The notes: generated by a model from the sequence alone, not told the origin. A stretch of 63,947 bases of DNA, filler included, from Candidatus Hydrogenedentota bacterium (GCA_040752395.1; 14 parts of 14 records of this genome joined end to end with filler, not necessarily neighbours in it), one strand, 5' to 3'; counted from the first letter of the whole stretch, positions 40,413-50,904 are shown. A program made the numbers and translations.

Positions 40413-40901
40413 CGTGGAGACCTGGTTTCTGCTGAAATGCTTCATAATATGTATGCTGGAGGCTGCCGAATAATTTGCTTTGGTATAGAAACAGGTAGCC
40501 AGCGTGTTCTTGACATTGTAAAAAAGGGTGGGACAGTGGGATTGAACCGTAATGCTATAAAGATGGCCAAATCTGTAGGACTTAAGGTTAAACTATTCGT
40601 TATGGTAGGATTACCGGGTGAGACTGAGGATGATATCAATAGAACTATTGAATTCGTTCGGGAATGCGACCCTGATACAGTTGACTGTTATATTACGACG
40701 CCATACCCTTATACTGAGTTATGGGATGATGCAGATAAATTCGGGATTAAAATAAAATCTTTTGATTGGGACAGTTATTTTTATGCGGGGATGAAAGGCA
40801 ATGTGCCAGTTTTAATGAGCACTGATAAACTTTCTGAAAAAGATATTACGAGACTTTATCGAAAAATTAGAAATAAACTTAAGAAATATATTACGGTATA
40901 A
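40413..40901 (+). CDS. Radical SAM protein C-terminus, B12-binding class (5' truncated)
   Basis: GC..ICFGIETGSQ, MVGLPGET and TPYPYT. Confidence 0.8.
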   Translation, partial: RGDLVSAEMLHNMYAGGCRIICFGIETGSQRVLDIVKKGGTVGLNRNAIKMAKSVGLKVKLFVMVGLPGETEDDINRTIEFVRECDPDTVDCYITTPYPYTELWDDADKFGIKIKSFDWDSYFYAGMKGNVPVLMSTDKLSEKDITRLYRKIRNKLKKYITV

Positions 40902-40910
40902 TATTATGAT

Positions 40911-42449
40911 TTAAGTTAATAAGATACCAGCTTGATGATAATATTCTAATAATTTATCAACAGCAATTGCTGTTGTATGCATTTTTTTGACATATTTAAC
41001 GTTTCTATTACGTAATTCAGGGTCAAGATATATTTTTTTATCAATAATATTTTTCAGGTTTTCATATATATTATAAGGATTAGTGTTAATAATTGGACAA
41101 CCAGGGACATACTTCATTATATCATCTCTAATATAACTTAGCACTGTTACCCCCCGAGCCATCATCTCCATTGCAAATATTCCATACCAACCCTGAATAA
41201 GTTGATCAACAGCAATGTCCGCTATATCATATATTTTTTCAGCGAGATTATGTGGAGTATTTTCAATTATTTTTAGTTCGATATTATAACCTTCTTCTTT
41301 CAAACGTCTTGTAGCAGATATTATATATTCAGTGCCTTTAAGTTTTCTAAAGGTAGGAGCGTGTATTATATTAATTTTCTCATCAGGATTTTTAATTTTA
41401 TTTAATTTAATATTCTTATCATTAATTGAGTCGAATAATAGTTTACCTTCAGGACAGAACTCAAGGATATCCGGTATTGCAACAATATGAAGATCAGCAT
41501 ACATTTTAAATCTATTTATTTTATTTTTTTGAATAACTTCTCCGCCGCATAACCTATCACATTCTTTGCATACATTAATAGGGTACTTACTTTTAATTAT
41601 TTTATCAATCCGTATATCACAGCCCTGATAATGACTTACAATCTTTTTGTTACCCTTCTTAAGCAACTCTAATTCATTAAATTCCGTGAATAGTAATTCG
41701 GTAAAATGGTAATGGAAAACATTGTATTTTAAATAGAGTCTTACAAAATGATAGTATTTAACTAACAATTTATTTGAATATAATATATAATCCTCAATAT
41801 TGATTAATGAATCAGTTATAATGTTATATCTATGAATATTTAGGTACTCGGCGTTTATATTCCTTGCTTTTAATTCATCCGTCAATAGCTGCGGAGCAAA
41901 AGCTACATTGTTTGGAAGAATTACAACTCCTTTGCATCGAATTATTTTTACAAGATGAGGTAAAATTTTGTTTATGAGACTTATAATATATGTTAGTAAG
42001 GGTAAGAAAATCTTGATATCTATATAATCAATACATAACTTATATTTTAAATAATGAGGTTTGACAGTAAATGAATTCATAGAAATATCAATATATTCGA
42101 TAAGGTCAGTTTTAAGAAGTGCGGTAACTAACTCAACGTTATTATAGTTATGTATTATTAAATTGTAATAATCTTTGAACTTTAGTTCTGTTTTTGGAAA
42201 ATTCAGGTTAACCAAAATGACAATTCTATTAAAAACTATATTTTTTATAATCGGATATTTTTTAATTATTGATAAATTTATATTATTGCTATGACTATAA
42301 GTTAAGAAAATGACATTGTCTGGTTTCTCTATTTTTTGAGCAAAATCATCCCGGATCAATACATAGTACAGGCACTGATTATTTATCCTGGTTTGCAAAT
42401 AATTTAAAACTATTTTAAAAGGGGCAGAGCAGAATAATAGTATCTTCAT
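40911..42449 (-). CDS. GT4-like glycosyltransferase
   Basis: HYQGCDIR, HAPT..KGT and VDQLIQGWYGIFAMEMMARG. Confidence 0.78.
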   Translation of the reverse strand: MKILLFCSAPFKIVLNYLQTRINNQCLYYVLIRDDFAQKIEKPDNVIFLTYSHSNNINLSIIKKYPIIKNIVFNRIVILVNLNFPKTELKFKDYYNLIIHNYNNVELVTALLKTDLIEYIDISMNSFTVKPHYLKYKLCIDYIDIKIFLPLLTYIISLINKILPHLVKIIRCKGVVILPNNVAFAPQLLTDELKARNINAEYLNIHRYNIITDSLINIEDYILYSNKLLVKYYHFVRLYLKYNVFHYHFTELLFTEFNELELLKKGNKKIVSHYQGCDIRIDKIIKSKYPINVCKECDRLCGGEVIQKNKINRFKMYADLHIVAIPDILEFCPEGKLLFDSINDKNIKLNKIKNPDEKINIIHAPTFRKLKGTEYIISATRRLKEEGYNIELKIIENTPHNLAEKIYDIADIAVDQLIQGWYGIFAMEMMARGVTVLSYIRDDIMKYVPGCPIINTNPYNIYENLKNIIDKKIYLDPELRNRNVKYVKKMHTTAIAVDKLLEYYHQAGILLT

Positions 42450-42450
42450 T

Positions 42451-43845
42451 TTAATTTTTTATATTAATGTACTTACGTGCTTTTTTATGAGCCGGATTTA
42501 TTAATAGACATTTATAAAAATGGTCCCTGCTTTGCTTTTTAAGGTTTAATTTTAGAAAAATATCTCCAAGATGAAAATAAGCCCCGGCATGATAAACTTC
42601 TCTTTTATCGGTTCCAATAGAAAGAACATGTCTAAATAGCTGTATTGCTTCTTTATAGAAATTATAATTTTTCAAAAGAGATGCTATGGAATAGCATCTG
42701 TTTATTTCATCAAATTTATTTATTTTTAAGCCCAATAATTCCAGCAATTGATAGTCGGCTCTCTCTTTATTTATAGATAACTGTAAATAGAGTTTTTTTA
42801 ACGATTCTATTACTTCGGTAAAAGGTGGACAAATAATCCGGTTTGATTTTTTAAGACATTTAATACTTTTTTCATAATTACCTTGATAATGATAGTAAAT
42901 AGAAAGCAGTAAATAGTAGATGTTTTTGTTTCTATTTTTAAAATAATACACATATTTTATTGCTGTGTTAAATATGAGGTTCAATATATTAAACTTGAAT
43001 AATTCGATAATCTCATACTGATTAACAATGTTTCTATTATAAAATTTATGTTTTTCTTTTTTTATGTATCTTCTGTATTTCTTATAAATCATTCTTACTG
43101 CAATCTGTTTTAATATTTTTGAAACAGCTGATATATTATAGTATCTATTTCCTTCATGGTGCCGGCCATTATGTAAAACCTTTCTTATTAATCCAATCTT
43201 TCTATCACGGGCAGCAAGAGTCAACCACATATAATAATCGTTTACTCGCCAGATATCAGGTATTGATTTACTTTTATCTATAAAAAAATTATTTTCTTTT
43301 ACAGCGACTTTTTTTATTAATACAGTACTTCCATGTATAATACATTCCTGCACCAATAGTTGAAGATATTGATTCTTATTTATTTCAGGTTTATATACTT
43401 GGATAATTTTTCCATTATCATCTACGATATTAGCCCATGTATGGCACATATCGTATTCTGTGTTTTTACTCATAAACTCATACTGAATTTTTAGTTTTTC
43501 CGGTTCGAAATAATCGTCAGCACTAAGCCAGGCTATATATTTGCCTCTCGCTTTTCGGATACCATAATTCAAGGGAACTGAGGTTCCGCTTGGACCATTA
43601 ATTTTGTAATAATAAATTCTATATTTTTTATTTTTTTTAATTATTTTTTTCACAATCTCTTCTGTATTATCAGTTGAGCCATCGTCTACAATAATCAATT
43701 CCCAATCCTTGAAAGTCTGATTGATGACGCTCTGGATGCATTGAGGCAGAAATTTTGCATAATTATACGTTGGCACAACAACACTTATCTTTACTTCTTC
43801 ATTTAAATTTCTGACTCTTTTAAAACTTTGTGTACATACGTTCAT
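42451..43845 (-). CDS. GT2 glycosyltransferase with TPR-like C-terminus
   Basis: SVVVPTYN, VDDGSTD and WLSADD; C-terminal GAYFHLG..CLLINPAH. Confidence 0.85.
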   Translation of the reverse strand: MNVCTQSFKRVRNLNEEVKISVVVPTYNYAKFLPQCIQSVINQTFKDWELIIVDDGSTDNTEEIVKKIIKKNKKYRIYYYKINGPSGTSVPLNYGIRKARGKYIAWLSADDYFEPEKLKIQYEFMSKNTEYDMCHTWANIVDDNGKIIQVYKPEINKNQYLQLLVQECIIHGSTVLIKKVAVKENNFFIDKSKSIPDIWRVNDYYMWLTLAARDRKIGLIRKVLHNGRHHEGNRYYNISAVSKILKQIAVRMIYKKYRRYIKKEKHKFYNRNIVNQYEIIELFKFNILNLIFNTAIKYVYYFKNRNKNIYYLLLSIYYHYQGNYEKSIKCLKKSNRIICPPFTEVIESLKKLYLQLSINKERADYQLLELLGLKINKFDEINRCYSIASLLKNYNFYKEAIQLFRHVLSIGTDKREVYHAGAYFHLGDIFLKLNLKKQSRDHFYKCLLINPAHKKARKYINIKN

Positions 43846-44046
43846 AGATAATTAATAAACTATACTTTCGCACATTTTACCTTAAAAAAATAAAAAGCCC
43901 CCGTATAATATTGACTACAATTAAATAATCAACACTATACTGAGGANNNNNNNNNNNNNNNNNNNNNNNNNNNNNNNNNNNNNNNNNNNNTTAATTAATT
44001 AANNNNNNNNNNNNNNNNNNNNNNNNNNNNNNNNNNNNNNNNNNNN

Positions 44047-46101
44047 ATTGAAAATGAATTGCAAAATAAGCACCTTAAATCACGCCTCCTTACAACTATT
44101 GTTATCGCACTTATTCTCTATGCCGGCCAACCAGAAACCTCGCTGTATGTGTTATTATTAGGATTTCTTTATGCCTTGCTTAAATTGTTTAACCATAACC
44201 AACTTCAACTGATTAATATAATACAATTCTTCATTACCTGGAGTCTCGGTTTTTTCCTCGCAGCCCCACAAATCTTATTATTTCTTGAAACAATTAATTA
44301 TTCAATCCATCTTCATCCCATTGGCGGTGAGATGGGTGTATTCAGTCCCACTGAATTTTCTCATCTGAAATATTTGTTATTGCCATCTTTAACACCAACA
44401 TTATCCCACTATAAAGTTTTTCCGCATAGCGGAAAATGGGACTGGCTTGGAGGATATATTAGTATTATTTGCTGGCTATTAGTATCTTCTGCTGTATCTT
44501 TTAAAAAAATAACCAATCATAAACACTTTCTATATTTCGCTATCTTTGGCTTTTTTATCCTTTTAAACAATTTTAGAATACCACCGTTCTATTGGATAGG
44601 ATACTTGCCTTTATTTGACCAGGTGTGGACACCACGATGGGCCGGCTGCATATGGACTTTCTGCCTCTCTGTTTCCTGCGGCATCGCAGCTGATAACATC
44701 TCGCTTATATCCACAAAAAGGTTAAAAATTGTTTTGATTATCTTTTTATTATTTGCTCTATCTGTTATGTTGGATTTATCGAAAAATATTTCTCATCTTC
44801 TAATAACTAATCCCGCTGATATTAAAGACATTTTTAAACTTCCAGTAGACCTGACAAACTATAATTTAAACGCAGGTTTATATGGTATTTTAAATGGTGA
44901 ATGGGCAATTAAATATATAAACTCCTTAAAACATTTTTTTAATCAATCAATTATCCAATTCTTCGGAGTTATTATTTTCTTTTATTTTATAATGAGGTCT
45001 GCCGATCTATCTCACACCACAGATGATCCGAAATCGTGCCGAATAATTAAATTGTTAATCGTTCTCGCTGTTTTTGAATTGTGGTTTTATATACCAAAAG
45101 GATATAATTATCTGATTAATTATTGTGTTCTTATCCCTCTATTTTTAGGGTGGGGAAGTATAATCTTATTTAAATTTAGAAAACTTAAAATCTTTCTCTG
45201 GACTCTCGCAATAATAATATATTTTATTATGGAAACAATGTCTGATACAGGAATCCCTAAAAAACATAACCCATTTAAAATAACACCCACTATAATGAAA
45301 GCTTTAGAAAATAAAGACTATTATCGATGTATTGGACTCGGTGGTGTGTTAATGCCTAATTATACAGGCGCTTATAAATTATATGATGTCCGATATATCA
45401 ATGCTGTTTCTCCTGTTGAATTTAATTATTTTTTTAATGTACATCTCTTAACTAAACCATTGAACAGATTTGATTGTTTATGGTTTACAGGTATGATAAG
45501 CACTGATTTTAGTTTTATTGATGAATTTATTAATAGAAAGCATCTCTATTCCTGGCTGGGAGTTAAATATATATTTACTCCGAAAAATATTGAGCTGGAT
45601 TTACCCCTTTTGTTTAATGATAATGTAAAACTCTATGAAAATCCAGATGCTTACCCGCGAGCATACATACTTTATAATACTATTTATGCAGACAACTTTA
45701 AAAAGGCTCAGAACTTAATTGTAAAAAAAGATTTTGATTTGAAAAACATTGGAGTAGTTGAAGATAAACAATTGGTTATGAATAATAAGAATGGTAACAA
45801 CTCAGTTAAAATTATTGAATACAAAGCTACTAAAGTTAAAATTAAAGCAATCTCGGATAAACCTGGTATCTTGGTTTTAACTGATAATTATTATCCAACC
45901 TGGGAATGTTATCTGAACAAGAAGATAACGAAATTTTATCGAATCAACGGTCTCGTCCGTGGTGTCCCATTACCAGCCGGTGAACATATTATTGAATTTA
46001 ATTACTTTCCATCTACTTTTATTATAGGCTGTATTTTATCTCTGTTATCACTTGTATTTTATCTTATTTTATTTTTTGTTCGCGAAAATCCATCCACTTA
46101 A
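44047..46101 (+). CDS. YfhO-family membrane protein (5' truncated)
   Basis: GQPET, LAAPQ, AYPRAY, and LTDNYYPTW..NGLVRGV..GEH.I.F.Y.P. Confidence 0.82.
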   Translation: MENELQNKHLKSRLLTTIVIALILYAGQPETSLYVLLLGFLYALLKLFNHNQLQLINIIQFFITWSLGFFLAAPQILLFLETINYSIHLHPIGGEMGVFSPTEFSHLKYLLLPSLTPTLSHYKVFPHSGKWDWLGGYISIICWLLVSSAVSFKKITNHKHFLYFAIFGFFILLNNFRIPPFYWIGYLPLFDQVWTPRWAGCIWTFCLSVSCGIAADNISLISTKRLKIVLIIFLLFALSVMLDLSKNISHLLITNPADIKDIFKLPVDLTNYNLNAGLYGILNGEWAIKYINSLKHFFNQSIIQFFGVIIFFYFIMRSADLSHTTDDPKSCRIIKLLIVLAVFELWFYIPKGYNYLINYCVLIPLFLGWGSIILFKFRKLKIFLWTLAIIIYFIMETMSDTGIPKKHNPFKITPTIMKALENKDYYRCIGLGGVLMPNYTGAYKLYDVRYINAVSPVEFNYFFNVHLLTKPLNRFDCLWFTGMISTDFSFIDEFINRKHLYSWLGVKYIFTPKNIELDLPLLFNDNVKLYENPDAYPRAYILYNTIYADNFKKAQNLIVKKDFDLKNIGVVEDKQLVMNNKNGNNSVKIIEYKATKVKIKAISDKPGILVLTDNYYPTWECYLNKKITKFYRINGLVRGVPLPAGEHIIEFNYFPSTFIIGCILSLLSLVFYLILFFVRENPST

Positions 46102-46174
46102 ACCACCTCACCTCTACAATGAAATAAAAACAATCCATAAAATGATCATACCTCAACCGCTATATAAAATTAAA

Positions 46175-46201
46175 AATGCAGGGCCGTGGCGGCCCTGCAT
46201 T
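46175..46201. terminator. Strong hairpin between convergent genes, probable terminator
   Basis: Perfect 12-bp stem AATGCAGGGCCG-tgg-CGGCCCTGCATT, with a T-run on the minus strand. Confidence 0.65.
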
Positions 46202-46247
46202 ATTGTATGGGAGTGGGGGAAGTTGGCTTGTTGATTTTAACTTAATT

Positions 46248-46499
46248 TTATATATAAAAATTGAATTTTGTCAAGAGTAATCTTCTAAAATTTTTAAATG
46301 TATATAATATTCTACTTAATATACTAATGTTAATATTATCAACTCTGTTATTTATAAGGCCGTAACTTTTATGTAATCTATAACTCTCTAAAAATAATAT
46401 TCTATCAAATGTAAAATATAAGTTTTGTAGTTTAAATTCGAATAACTCTAATTTTCTGTTTAATGATTCTAACTCGGTTTCAATATCTCTTTTTTCCAT
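46248..46499 (-). CDS. Hypothetical protein
   Basis: 83-aa ORF overlapping the ftsB-like stop; coiled-coil-like N-terminus. Confidence 0.35.
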   Translation of the reverse strand: MEKRDIETELESLNRKLELFEFKLQNLYFTFDRILFLESYRLHKSYGLINNRVDNINISILSRILYTFKNFRRLLLTKFNFYI

Positions 46500-46800
46500 C
46501 TACGTCTCTGTAAATTATCTCACCCTCCTTCACTAATCCTAATTTTTCCCTCGCCAATGTCTCAATGTAAAATAAATTTGTATCATAATTTTTTATCTCT
46601 TTTTTTAACCTTACATTCTCTCGTATTAAATTATCTATTTCGTCTTCTATACTTATTATGTTGCTGTATGTTTTATATAAATCAATCAAGCCGTTTTCAC
46701 TTCCAACTATATAAACAAAAAGAATAAGTATCATTAACATAAAAAAATATCTTTTATATCCTATATAAATTTCCTTTATTTTGTTGCTGATTTTTTTCAT
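46480..46800 (-). CDS. Septum formation initiator (FtsB/DivIC family)
   Basis: TM helix, GSENG, coiled coil and IETLAREKLGLVKEGE. Confidence 0.88.
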   Translation of the reverse strand: MKKISNKIKEIYIGYKRYFFMLMILILFVYIVGSENGLIDLYKTYSNIISIEDEIDNLIRENVRLKKEIKNYDTNLFYIETLAREKLGLVKEGEIIYRDVDGKKRY

Positions 46801-46832
46801 TCAATTTTTATCCAAAAATTCTATCGCCTTTA

Positions 46833-46887
46833 TATAATGCCCCGGTCTTCGGTGGTCTTTCGTTATCTACTATAACTGAGTAACTAC
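46833..46887. repeat. Minimal subfamily-2 repeat element
   Basis: ATAATGCCCCGGTCTTCGGTGG-TCTTTCGTTATCT-ACTATAACTGAGTAACTAC. Confidence 0.65.
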
Positions 46888-47011
46888 GTCTTTATCTATA
46901 TCGGTAGATATTTATAAATTATTAATGAATTTTAAAAGAAGGTGTTTATAAAGGGTAATTAAATCCGCAATTTAATATTTGTAATTTGCAATGGAGCAAA
47001 GCAACAATAAG

Positions 47012-47084
47012 AGCGGGAGATGGGATTTGAACCCACGACCTCTTGCTTGGCAAGCAAGAGCTCTACCACCTGAGCTACTCCCGC
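47012..47084 (-). tRNA. tRNA-Gly(GCC)
   Basis: GCGGGAGTAGCTCAG...CTTGC-TTGCCAA-GCAAG...GGTTCAAATCC...CTCCCGCT. CCA is not encoded. Confidence 0.95.
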
Positions 47085-47123
47085 ACCTCTTTGAGCTTCT
47101 TGCCTCTTTCGTTATCTTAATTA

Positions 47124-47208
47124 TGGAGGGAGGAGGATTCGAACCTCCGAAGACTTAAAGCCAACAGATTTACAGTCTGCCCCCTTTGGCCAGCTTGGGT
47201 ATCCCTCC
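47124..47208 (-). tRNA. tRNA-Tyr(GTA)
   Basis: GGAGGGATACCCAAG...GCAGA-CTGTAAA-TCTGT, long variable arm and GGTTCGAATCC. CCA is not encoded. Confidence 0.95.
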
Positions 47209-47515
47209 TCTGAAAAACATTCTAACTCTAATAATTCGGGCTACAGGCTACGGGCTACGAACTACAGCCGGCTGGAGCCCCCTATGAAAAGTCTTGAGTC
47301 TCGAGTCCTGTTTTGACTCACGACTCGCGACTTTTGACTCTTTTCATATCATCTTTAGTTTTTCATCCTTTGTGTAGAACGCAAAAACGCAATAACCCAA
47401 TAACACAATAACACAATAGTGTAGAGCGCAACCCGCGCTTATGTTGACTCCCTCGAAAAAGTAAGAAGTAAGAAGTATCAGAAAAAATTTTAATCTTTTA
47501 ATCTCTCAATTTTTA
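47209..47515. repeat. Modular repeat chain filling the tRNA-Thr to tRNA-Tyr spacer
   Basis: Begins TCTGAAAAAC immediately at the tRNA-Tyr 5' end. Contains CAGCCGGCTG, GTCTTGA/GACTC, TATCATCTTTAG, GTGTAGA twice and AAGTATCAG. Confidence 0.92.
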
Positions 47516-47521
47516 AACATA

Positions 47522-47578
47522 AGCCATCGAAGGGACTTGAACCCCCGACCTAGTGATTACAAATCACTTGCTCTACCC
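47522..47578 (-). tRNA. tRNA-Thr(TGT), 5' truncated by the contig end
   Basis: GGTAGAGCAAGTGA-TTTGTAA-TCACT...GGTTCAAGTCC..CGATGGCT. Confidence 0.9.
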
Positions 47579-47744
47579 NNNNNNNNNNNNNNNNNNNNNN
47601 NNNNNNNNNNNNNNNNNNNNNNTTAATTAATTAANNNNNNNNNNNNNNNNNNNNNNNNNNNNNNNNNNNNNNNNNNNNGTTTTTATAAGAATTAGACAGG
47701 GGATTTAAAGTTTAAATTATTCATTAAATTAAATTAAAGCAGTC

Positions 47745-48002
47745 TTACTGAAGGAGGTTATTTTGATTAAGAATTGTATATTTTTTTTCGGTTGAAAAAA
47801 AGTTTGATTCAATAAACTCCCGGTCATTAATTTCAAGTTCAAGCCCCAGTTCGTCAAGAGTTAGAAAATAAAAATTAATTATATGTGTCATTCTTTCACA
47901 GACTTCGTTTTCATTTTTACCAAAACAGTATAATTCCAATTCATTACATCGTGCTGTATAATTATATTCATCATTTTTATGTACTTCGATTGTAAGCTTC
48001 AT
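47745..48002 (-). CDS. HicB-like small protein
   Basis: YTARCNELELYCFGKNENEV resembles the HicB N-terminal fold. No hicA is adjacent. Confidence 0.5.
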   Translation of the reverse strand: MKLTIEVHKNDEYNYTARCNELELYCFGKNENEVCERMTHIINFYFLTLDELGLELEINDREFIESNFFSTEKKYTILNQNNLLQ

Positions 48003-48067
48003 AATTTTTCTATCGTCAATTAATCATCTTGACTTTAAATCTATGTAATAATATTCAGGAAAATGTT

Positions 48068-48817
48068 ATGAAACTGATTATTTTGTTTATTATGGGACTT
48101 TTTGCAGGATGCATTAATACGATTGTTGGTGCCGGATCTTTTTTTTCTATTCCTTCACTTTTACTTTTTGGTCTCGATGCAAAGATAGCTGTTGCGACGA
48201 ATAGATTCTCCTTTATCTTTCTTGCACTTACAAATTCTGCAACATTATATAAAAATAAAGTATTAAATTTAAAACGCGCTTTGAAATTCAGTATTTTTGC
48301 TTCTTTAGGTAGTTTGCTTGGTGCACATTTTGTGGTAAAGATTAATGAATCAATTATGGAAAATATAGTAATTGTGCTTCTTTTAGTTATATTTTTTAAA
48401 TATCTTATTCCTGCAAATAGACTAAACTTAACACCTAAAATTAATTGTATTAAATACAAATTTTTATTTTATTTATTATTATTTATAATAGGTATTTATG
48501 GTGGTTTTTTTGGTGTTGCAATTACTGTATTTTTTGTTGCGAGTATGGTCTTTTTTTTAGATTTACCTTTGATCGAGGCAATGGCTACTAATCAGATTAT
48601 TATCTTATTTATCTCCATAGTTGCATCTATCATTTTTATAAAAAATAGACTTGTAGATTATTATGCAGCCGTTCCGCTTATAACAGGCATGTCAGCAGGT
48701 GGATTTATTACATTTAAGTTTATTATTGAATCTAAGTCAAAAAAACTTGAAAAAATATTTATTGTAGCACTTGGTCTGATGATTTTAATTACATTCATCA
48801 AATTTAAATTCTTCTAA
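48068..48817 (+). CDS. TauE/SafE (TSUP) family transporter
   Basis: AG.INTIVGAG, AVATN and GIYGGFFG, with about 8 TM segments. Confidence 0.85.
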   Translation: MKLIILFIMGLFAGCINTIVGAGSFFSIPSLLLFGLDAKIAVATNRFSFIFLALTNSATLYKNKVLNLKRALKFSIFASLGSLLGAHFVVKINESIMENIVIVLLLVIFFKYLIPANRLNLTPKINCIKYKFLFYLLLFIIGIYGGFFGVAITVFFVASMVFFLDLPLIEAMATNQIIILFISIVASIIFIKNRLVDYYAAVPLITGMSAGGFITFKFIIESKSKKLEKIFIVALGLMILITFIKFKFF

Positions 48818-49414
48818 ATTTTCATCTGATTTAGTAAAATCATAAATGATATTTGAACCGAAGCCGGTTCTTAAAAGATAACAAACAGCCTTGTTTTTGT
48901 CTTTTAATATGGATAATTTTTTTTTGAAAAGTTTCTCTGCTTTTCTTTTTTCGATAGCATTATCGTAAATCAAATATTTGCTTATCAGTTCTTTGTCATA
49001 ATCTTTTTTATAGAGTTCATTTTTTATTCTTAAATATGAAAAGTTTTTATTATTCATTCTTTTTATTTCAGAGAGTATCTTTTCCTCATCATTTAATATC
49101 TGTAGTTCCTCCAATCTTCCAATCACTTCTTTAATAACTGAACCTTCAAACCCCTTTCTTTTTAATTTCTTCTTTATCTGTGATATCGAGTATGAAAACC
49201 GTGATAAGATCCTCATACAATAATCCATAGCATAAAATAAATTACTATCTTTTAAAAATAGCTCAAAATCACTATCCTGTACCTTATTGTCTTTATGAAT
49301 ATTATATTTAGTTATTATGGGGGAAGAAGAAATAATAGGTATATTTGAACCCTCTATATATACTTTAACTCTTCCTGAATTTAAATATTTAATATTCTTT
49401 ACGAATTTATCCAA
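48785..49414 (-). CDS. recX: RecX-family regulator
   Basis: ILSRFSYS..IKKKL.RKG, LND, IKNEL..K and YLLRTGF. Confidence 0.75.
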   Translation of the reverse strand: MDKFVKNIKYLNSGRVKVYIEGSNIPIISSSPIITKYNIHKDNKVQDSDFELFLKDSNLFYAMDYCMRILSRFSYSISQIKKKLKRKGFEGSVIKEVIGRLEELQILNDEEKILSEIKRMNNKNFSYLRIKNELYKKDYDKELISKYLIYDNAIEKRKAEKLFKKKLSILKDKNKAVCYLLRTGFGSNIIYDFTKSDENLEEFKFDECN

Positions 49415-49422
49415 TTATTTAA

Positions 49423-49611
49423 TCAACCCTGTACACTTATAGTAGAGCCTATACCTCGCTCCTGTAAAGTATCAGCAATAACCTTTTCAATAAACGAGGT
49501 ACGCTCAGGTATAGGTCTTGAAAGCACACCCGGTGTCAATACGGGACTTTTCTGTACATTAATGACCGCATCCATTATCCCTGTCTCTTGATTAATACCC
49601 TGGACTGGCAT
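49423..49611 (-). CDS. Small hypothetical protein (62 aa)
   Basis: Strong GGAGG RBS and a consensus promoter upstream. C-terminus GIGSTISVQG. Confidence 0.55.
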   Translation of the reverse strand: MPVQGINQETGIMDAVINVQKSPVLTPGVLSRPIPERTSFIEKVIADTLQERGIGSTISVQG

Positions 49612-49668
49612 ATCTTTTCCCTCCCTGACGGTAATAACCGACTTCCATTGTTTTAATTTTATATTCTA

Positions 49669-49696
49669 ATTATATTCTTTTTTTCATATTTGTCAA
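49669..49696 (-). promoter_or_regulatory. sigma70-type promoter for the small ORF and recX
   Basis: TTGACA-N16-TATAAT on the minus strand. Confidence 0.65.
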
Positions 49697-49720
49697 TATA
49701 AAAAATTCAATTTTTTTGTA

Positions 49721-49749
49721 TTGACTATTACACTTTTAATATATACTAT
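49721..49749 (+). promoter_or_regulatory. sigma70-type promoter, probably giving a leaderless mRNA
   Basis: TTGACT-N17-TACTAT, with the ATG 7 nt downstream and no SD. Confidence 0.5.
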
Positions 49750-49756
49750 AGAATTA

Positions 49757-50779
49757 ATGAAATTGAAATTTTTAATCAGAATAGCTATTTTATTTTTCTC
49801 CTTTGTTATATCATTAATTATTATTGAATTTATTTTAAGGAATACCAGGTGGGGTCAAGATGGGAAATTTAATTCAATGTATGTTTATAAAAAATCAAAA
49901 TATAGTTATTACGGGTTAAAAAACAACTTTAAAGTTCTTTATAAAAATATAGAATATAGTACAAACTCGTTTGGACTCCGGGGAGAAGAATTTAAGTTGG
50001 ATGATTTAAAGGATAAATATGTAATAATTGGTTTAGGTGATTCAATAATGATGGGATATAATCTAAGTGAGAAAGATACATTTTTATATCAATTAGGATT
50101 ACTACTCAATACTTTCAATGAAGATAGGAGATTTTTTACGATAAATCAAGGCGTCTCAGGAATGAACCTCACGGGTTCTATTCAAAGATTTTATGATTTA
50201 AATTCAGATGAATTTAATCCCCAGATGATTATTCATCAAATCTTGATCGATGATTTTATACTATATAAAGAAGAAGAAAAATTGCAAAATAAACCCTTAA
50301 TAAATCATATTAAAGAATTTGTGAAATCAAATATGTATGGTATATATTTTTTGTTAAAATACTCTATGCAGAAATTAAATATTTATAAGACGTACGGTGT
50401 TTCGGTTTCAGAGAACGAATCATATTATGATAAAATATTTAAGGTTCATACATCTGATCTTGAAATCTCACAGAATGAGATTATTAATCTTAAGAGATAT
50501 TGTGATAGTAAGGGATATATTCTTATCTATGTAATATTCCCTGTTTTAGAAAGCTCGAAAGAATACCAGTATACTTCGTATCATAAAATATGGGATGATT
50601 TTTTTGAGAAAAATAATATATTATATATAGACCTTATTAACCATCTATCCTCTGATAACTTAAATGAATATAAGTTGACTGATGAAGATAAAGTACACCC
50701 AAATGCTTTTGCTACACAACTCTTTGCTAAGATTATATATCAGAATATAATAATTCATCTATACTTTAGCAGAAAATAA
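49757..50779 (+). CDS. Membrane-anchored SGNH/GDSL hydrolase-like protein
   Basis: TNSFGLRG, LGDS, NQGVSG and DKVHPN. Confidence 0.8.
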   Translation: MKLKFLIRIAILFFSFVISLIIIEFILRNTRWGQDGKFNSMYVYKKSKYSYYGLKNNFKVLYKNIEYSTNSFGLRGEEFKLDDLKDKYVIIGLGDSIMMGYNLSEKDTFLYQLGLLLNTFNEDRRFFTINQGVSGMNLTGSIQRFYDLNSDEFNPQMIIHQILIDDFILYKEEEKLQNKPLINHIKEFVKSNMYGIYFLLKYSMQKLNIYKTYGVSVSENESYYDKIFKVHTSDLEISQNEIINLKRYCDSKGYILIYVIFPVLESSKEYQYTSYHKIWDDFFEKNNILYIDLINHLSSDNLNEYKLTDEDKVHPNAFATQLFAKIIYQNIIIHLYFSRK

Positions 50780-50904
50780 GTCAATGGATTTCATTTAAGC
50801 AGCCATTTTTAAGGTAAAATGTGCGAAAGTATAGTAATTCATATTAAATAATTATATAGTGCTATACTGCTACCCTGAAACGTGAGACACTTTAAAGGGG
50901 AGGA

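Noticed and set aside
47040-47060. tRNA-Gly anticodon arm (CTTGCTT/AAGCAAG) identical to the module-B heptamer
   Set aside because: A 7-9-nt match is plausibly chance, with no other support for a tRNA origin.
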